Below are positions 62,970 through 64,000 of a stretch of 64,000 nt of DNA, piece by piece. The DNA lies in NCBI GenBank assembly GCA_963843575.1, contig CAWJKZ010000027.1:32001-96000 (forward strand). Reading direction: 5' to 3'. The DNA is from an uncultured Acidobacteriota bacterium. GTDB lineage: Bacteria > Acidobacteriota > UBA6911. The notes beneath the pieces are model-generated. The model made no database searches and had not been told where the DNA came from. It saw only the letters and a list, made by a program, of their open reading frames with translations. The position numbers were made by a program, and so were the translations under genes. Position 1 is the first letter of the stretch, and each line of letters begins with the position of its first letter.

Positions 62970-64000
62970 ATGACCGCTGCCCGCTGCTCCAGGATGTTGG
63001 TCGCGCTGTGCGCCGCAGTTTGCTGCTGGCTGCCGCCGGCCGCGGCGGCAACCTTCTCGGTATCGTTCGATCCGGCGCTCGGCCCGGAGCCGAGGTCAGG
63101 AAGAATCATCCTGATGGTCTCGAGAACCAGCCGGTTCCAGCCGAACGAGACCGGCACCCCTTTCTTTGGCGTCACCGTCGATGACCTGAAACCCGGTTCC
63201 GCCGCGCTGCTGGACGAGAGCGCGCCGGGATACCCGGTCAGGAGTCTGCGCGAGCTGCCTCAGGACGAATACTACGTCCAGGCGTATCTGAACGTGTACA
63301 CCACGTTTCGCCGATCCGACGGCCACACGGTCAAGCTGCACAACGACCAGGGCGAAGGGCAGAACTGGCGCCGTTCACCCGGAAACCTCTACAGCGAGCC
63401 CCGGAGAGTCTCCTTCGACCCACGCGCGGGCGAAACCATACCCGTGGTGATGACGAGGGAAATACCGCCTGTCGAACTGCCCAAAGATAACGAGTGGGTA
63501 AAGACCATCCGCATCCGGAGCGAGTTGCTTACCCGGTTCTGGGGCGTGCCCATGTACCTGGGGGCGCGCGTACTTCTCCCCAGGGGTTTTGACGAACACC
63601 CGGAGGCCAGATACCCCGTCATCTACACAATGGGGCACTTCTCCATGGGCAATCCCGGCGGCTTCCAGACGAGCGAAAACAACCCACTGTACCAGGCCTG
63701 GACGTCGCCGGACATGCCCAGGATGCTCGTCGTGTCCATCCAGCACGCCTGCCCCTATTACGACGACTCCTACGGCGTCAACTCGGAGAATGTCGGACCG
63801 TACGGCGACGCGATCACCCGTGAACTCATCCCGTACCTCGAAACGAAATACCGGGCTCTCGGCAAACCTTATGCACGCGTGCTGACCGGTGGGTCGACGG
63901 GGGGCTGGATTGCCCTCGCGCAGCAGGTTTTTTATCCGGAACTGTTCGGCGGGGCGTGGTCCTTCTGCCCCGATCCGGTCGATTTCCGCAAGTACCAGAT
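62970..64000 (+). CDS. Secreted esterase, alpha/beta hydrolase fold (truncated by the window end)
   Basis: Not in the ORF track because it has no stop. Read from ATG 62970 (RBS GAGGAG): SELLTRFWG, VLLP.GF...ARYPV, YYDDSYGVNS.NVGPYGD, GGSTGGW. Confidence 0.85.
   Translation, partial: MTAARCSRMLVALCAAVCCWLPPAAAATFSVSFDPALGPEPRSGRIILMVSRTSRFQPNETGTPFFGVTVDDLKPGSAALLDESAPGYPVRSLRELPQDEYYVQAYLNVYTTFRRSDGHTVKLHNDQGEGQNWRRSPGNLYSEPRRVSFDPRAGETIPVVMTREIPPVELPKDNEWVKTIRIRSELLTRFWGVPMYLGARVLLPRGFDEHPEARYPVIYTMGHFSMGNPGGFQTSENNPLYQAWTSPDMPRMLVVSIQHACPYYDDSYGVNSENVGPYGDAITRELIPYLETKYRALGKPYARVLTGGSTGGWIALAQQVFYPELFGGAWSFCPDPVDFRKYQ

Overview
This is a GC-rich bacterial chromosomal window. The gene content (acidobacterial-type VWA protein, many Tat-exported sugar oxidoreductases and glycosidases, multiheme cytochromes) suggests an anaerobic or facultative Acidobacteriota-like organism; this is inference only. 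About 47 CDSs can be supported. Many carry 1-bp frameshifts, including carB, which points to long-read consensus indels rather than real pseudogenes. Main blocks: (1) a large glycan-degradation repertoire (two GH78 rhamnosidases, rhaM, GH51, sulfatase, heparinase II/III-like, AGE epimerase, two Gfo/Idh/MocA, two PmoA-like and two exported RraA-like proteins). (2) A HldE-like kinase-HAD fusion coupled to a deoxyhypusine-synthase-like gene. (3) A 921-bp Y1 (HUH/RAYT-like) transposase element bounded by perfect 11-bp inverted ends, with a homologous solo end 27 kb away. (4) Several dispersed REP-like palindrome families. (5) A MetF-MetV fusion next to an AcsE-like methyltransferase. (6) The most striking locus, 52.4-59.5 kb: a heme-c sensor kinase, a membrane-anchored receiver fused to a lysine-less GcvH domain, a Tat-exported 4x[4Fe-4S] protein, and a single ~1097-aa NrfD/HybB + class-III cytochrome + octaheme tetrathionate-reductase-like fusion with 14 CxxCH motifs. 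No rRNA, tRNA or CRISPR array was recognised.
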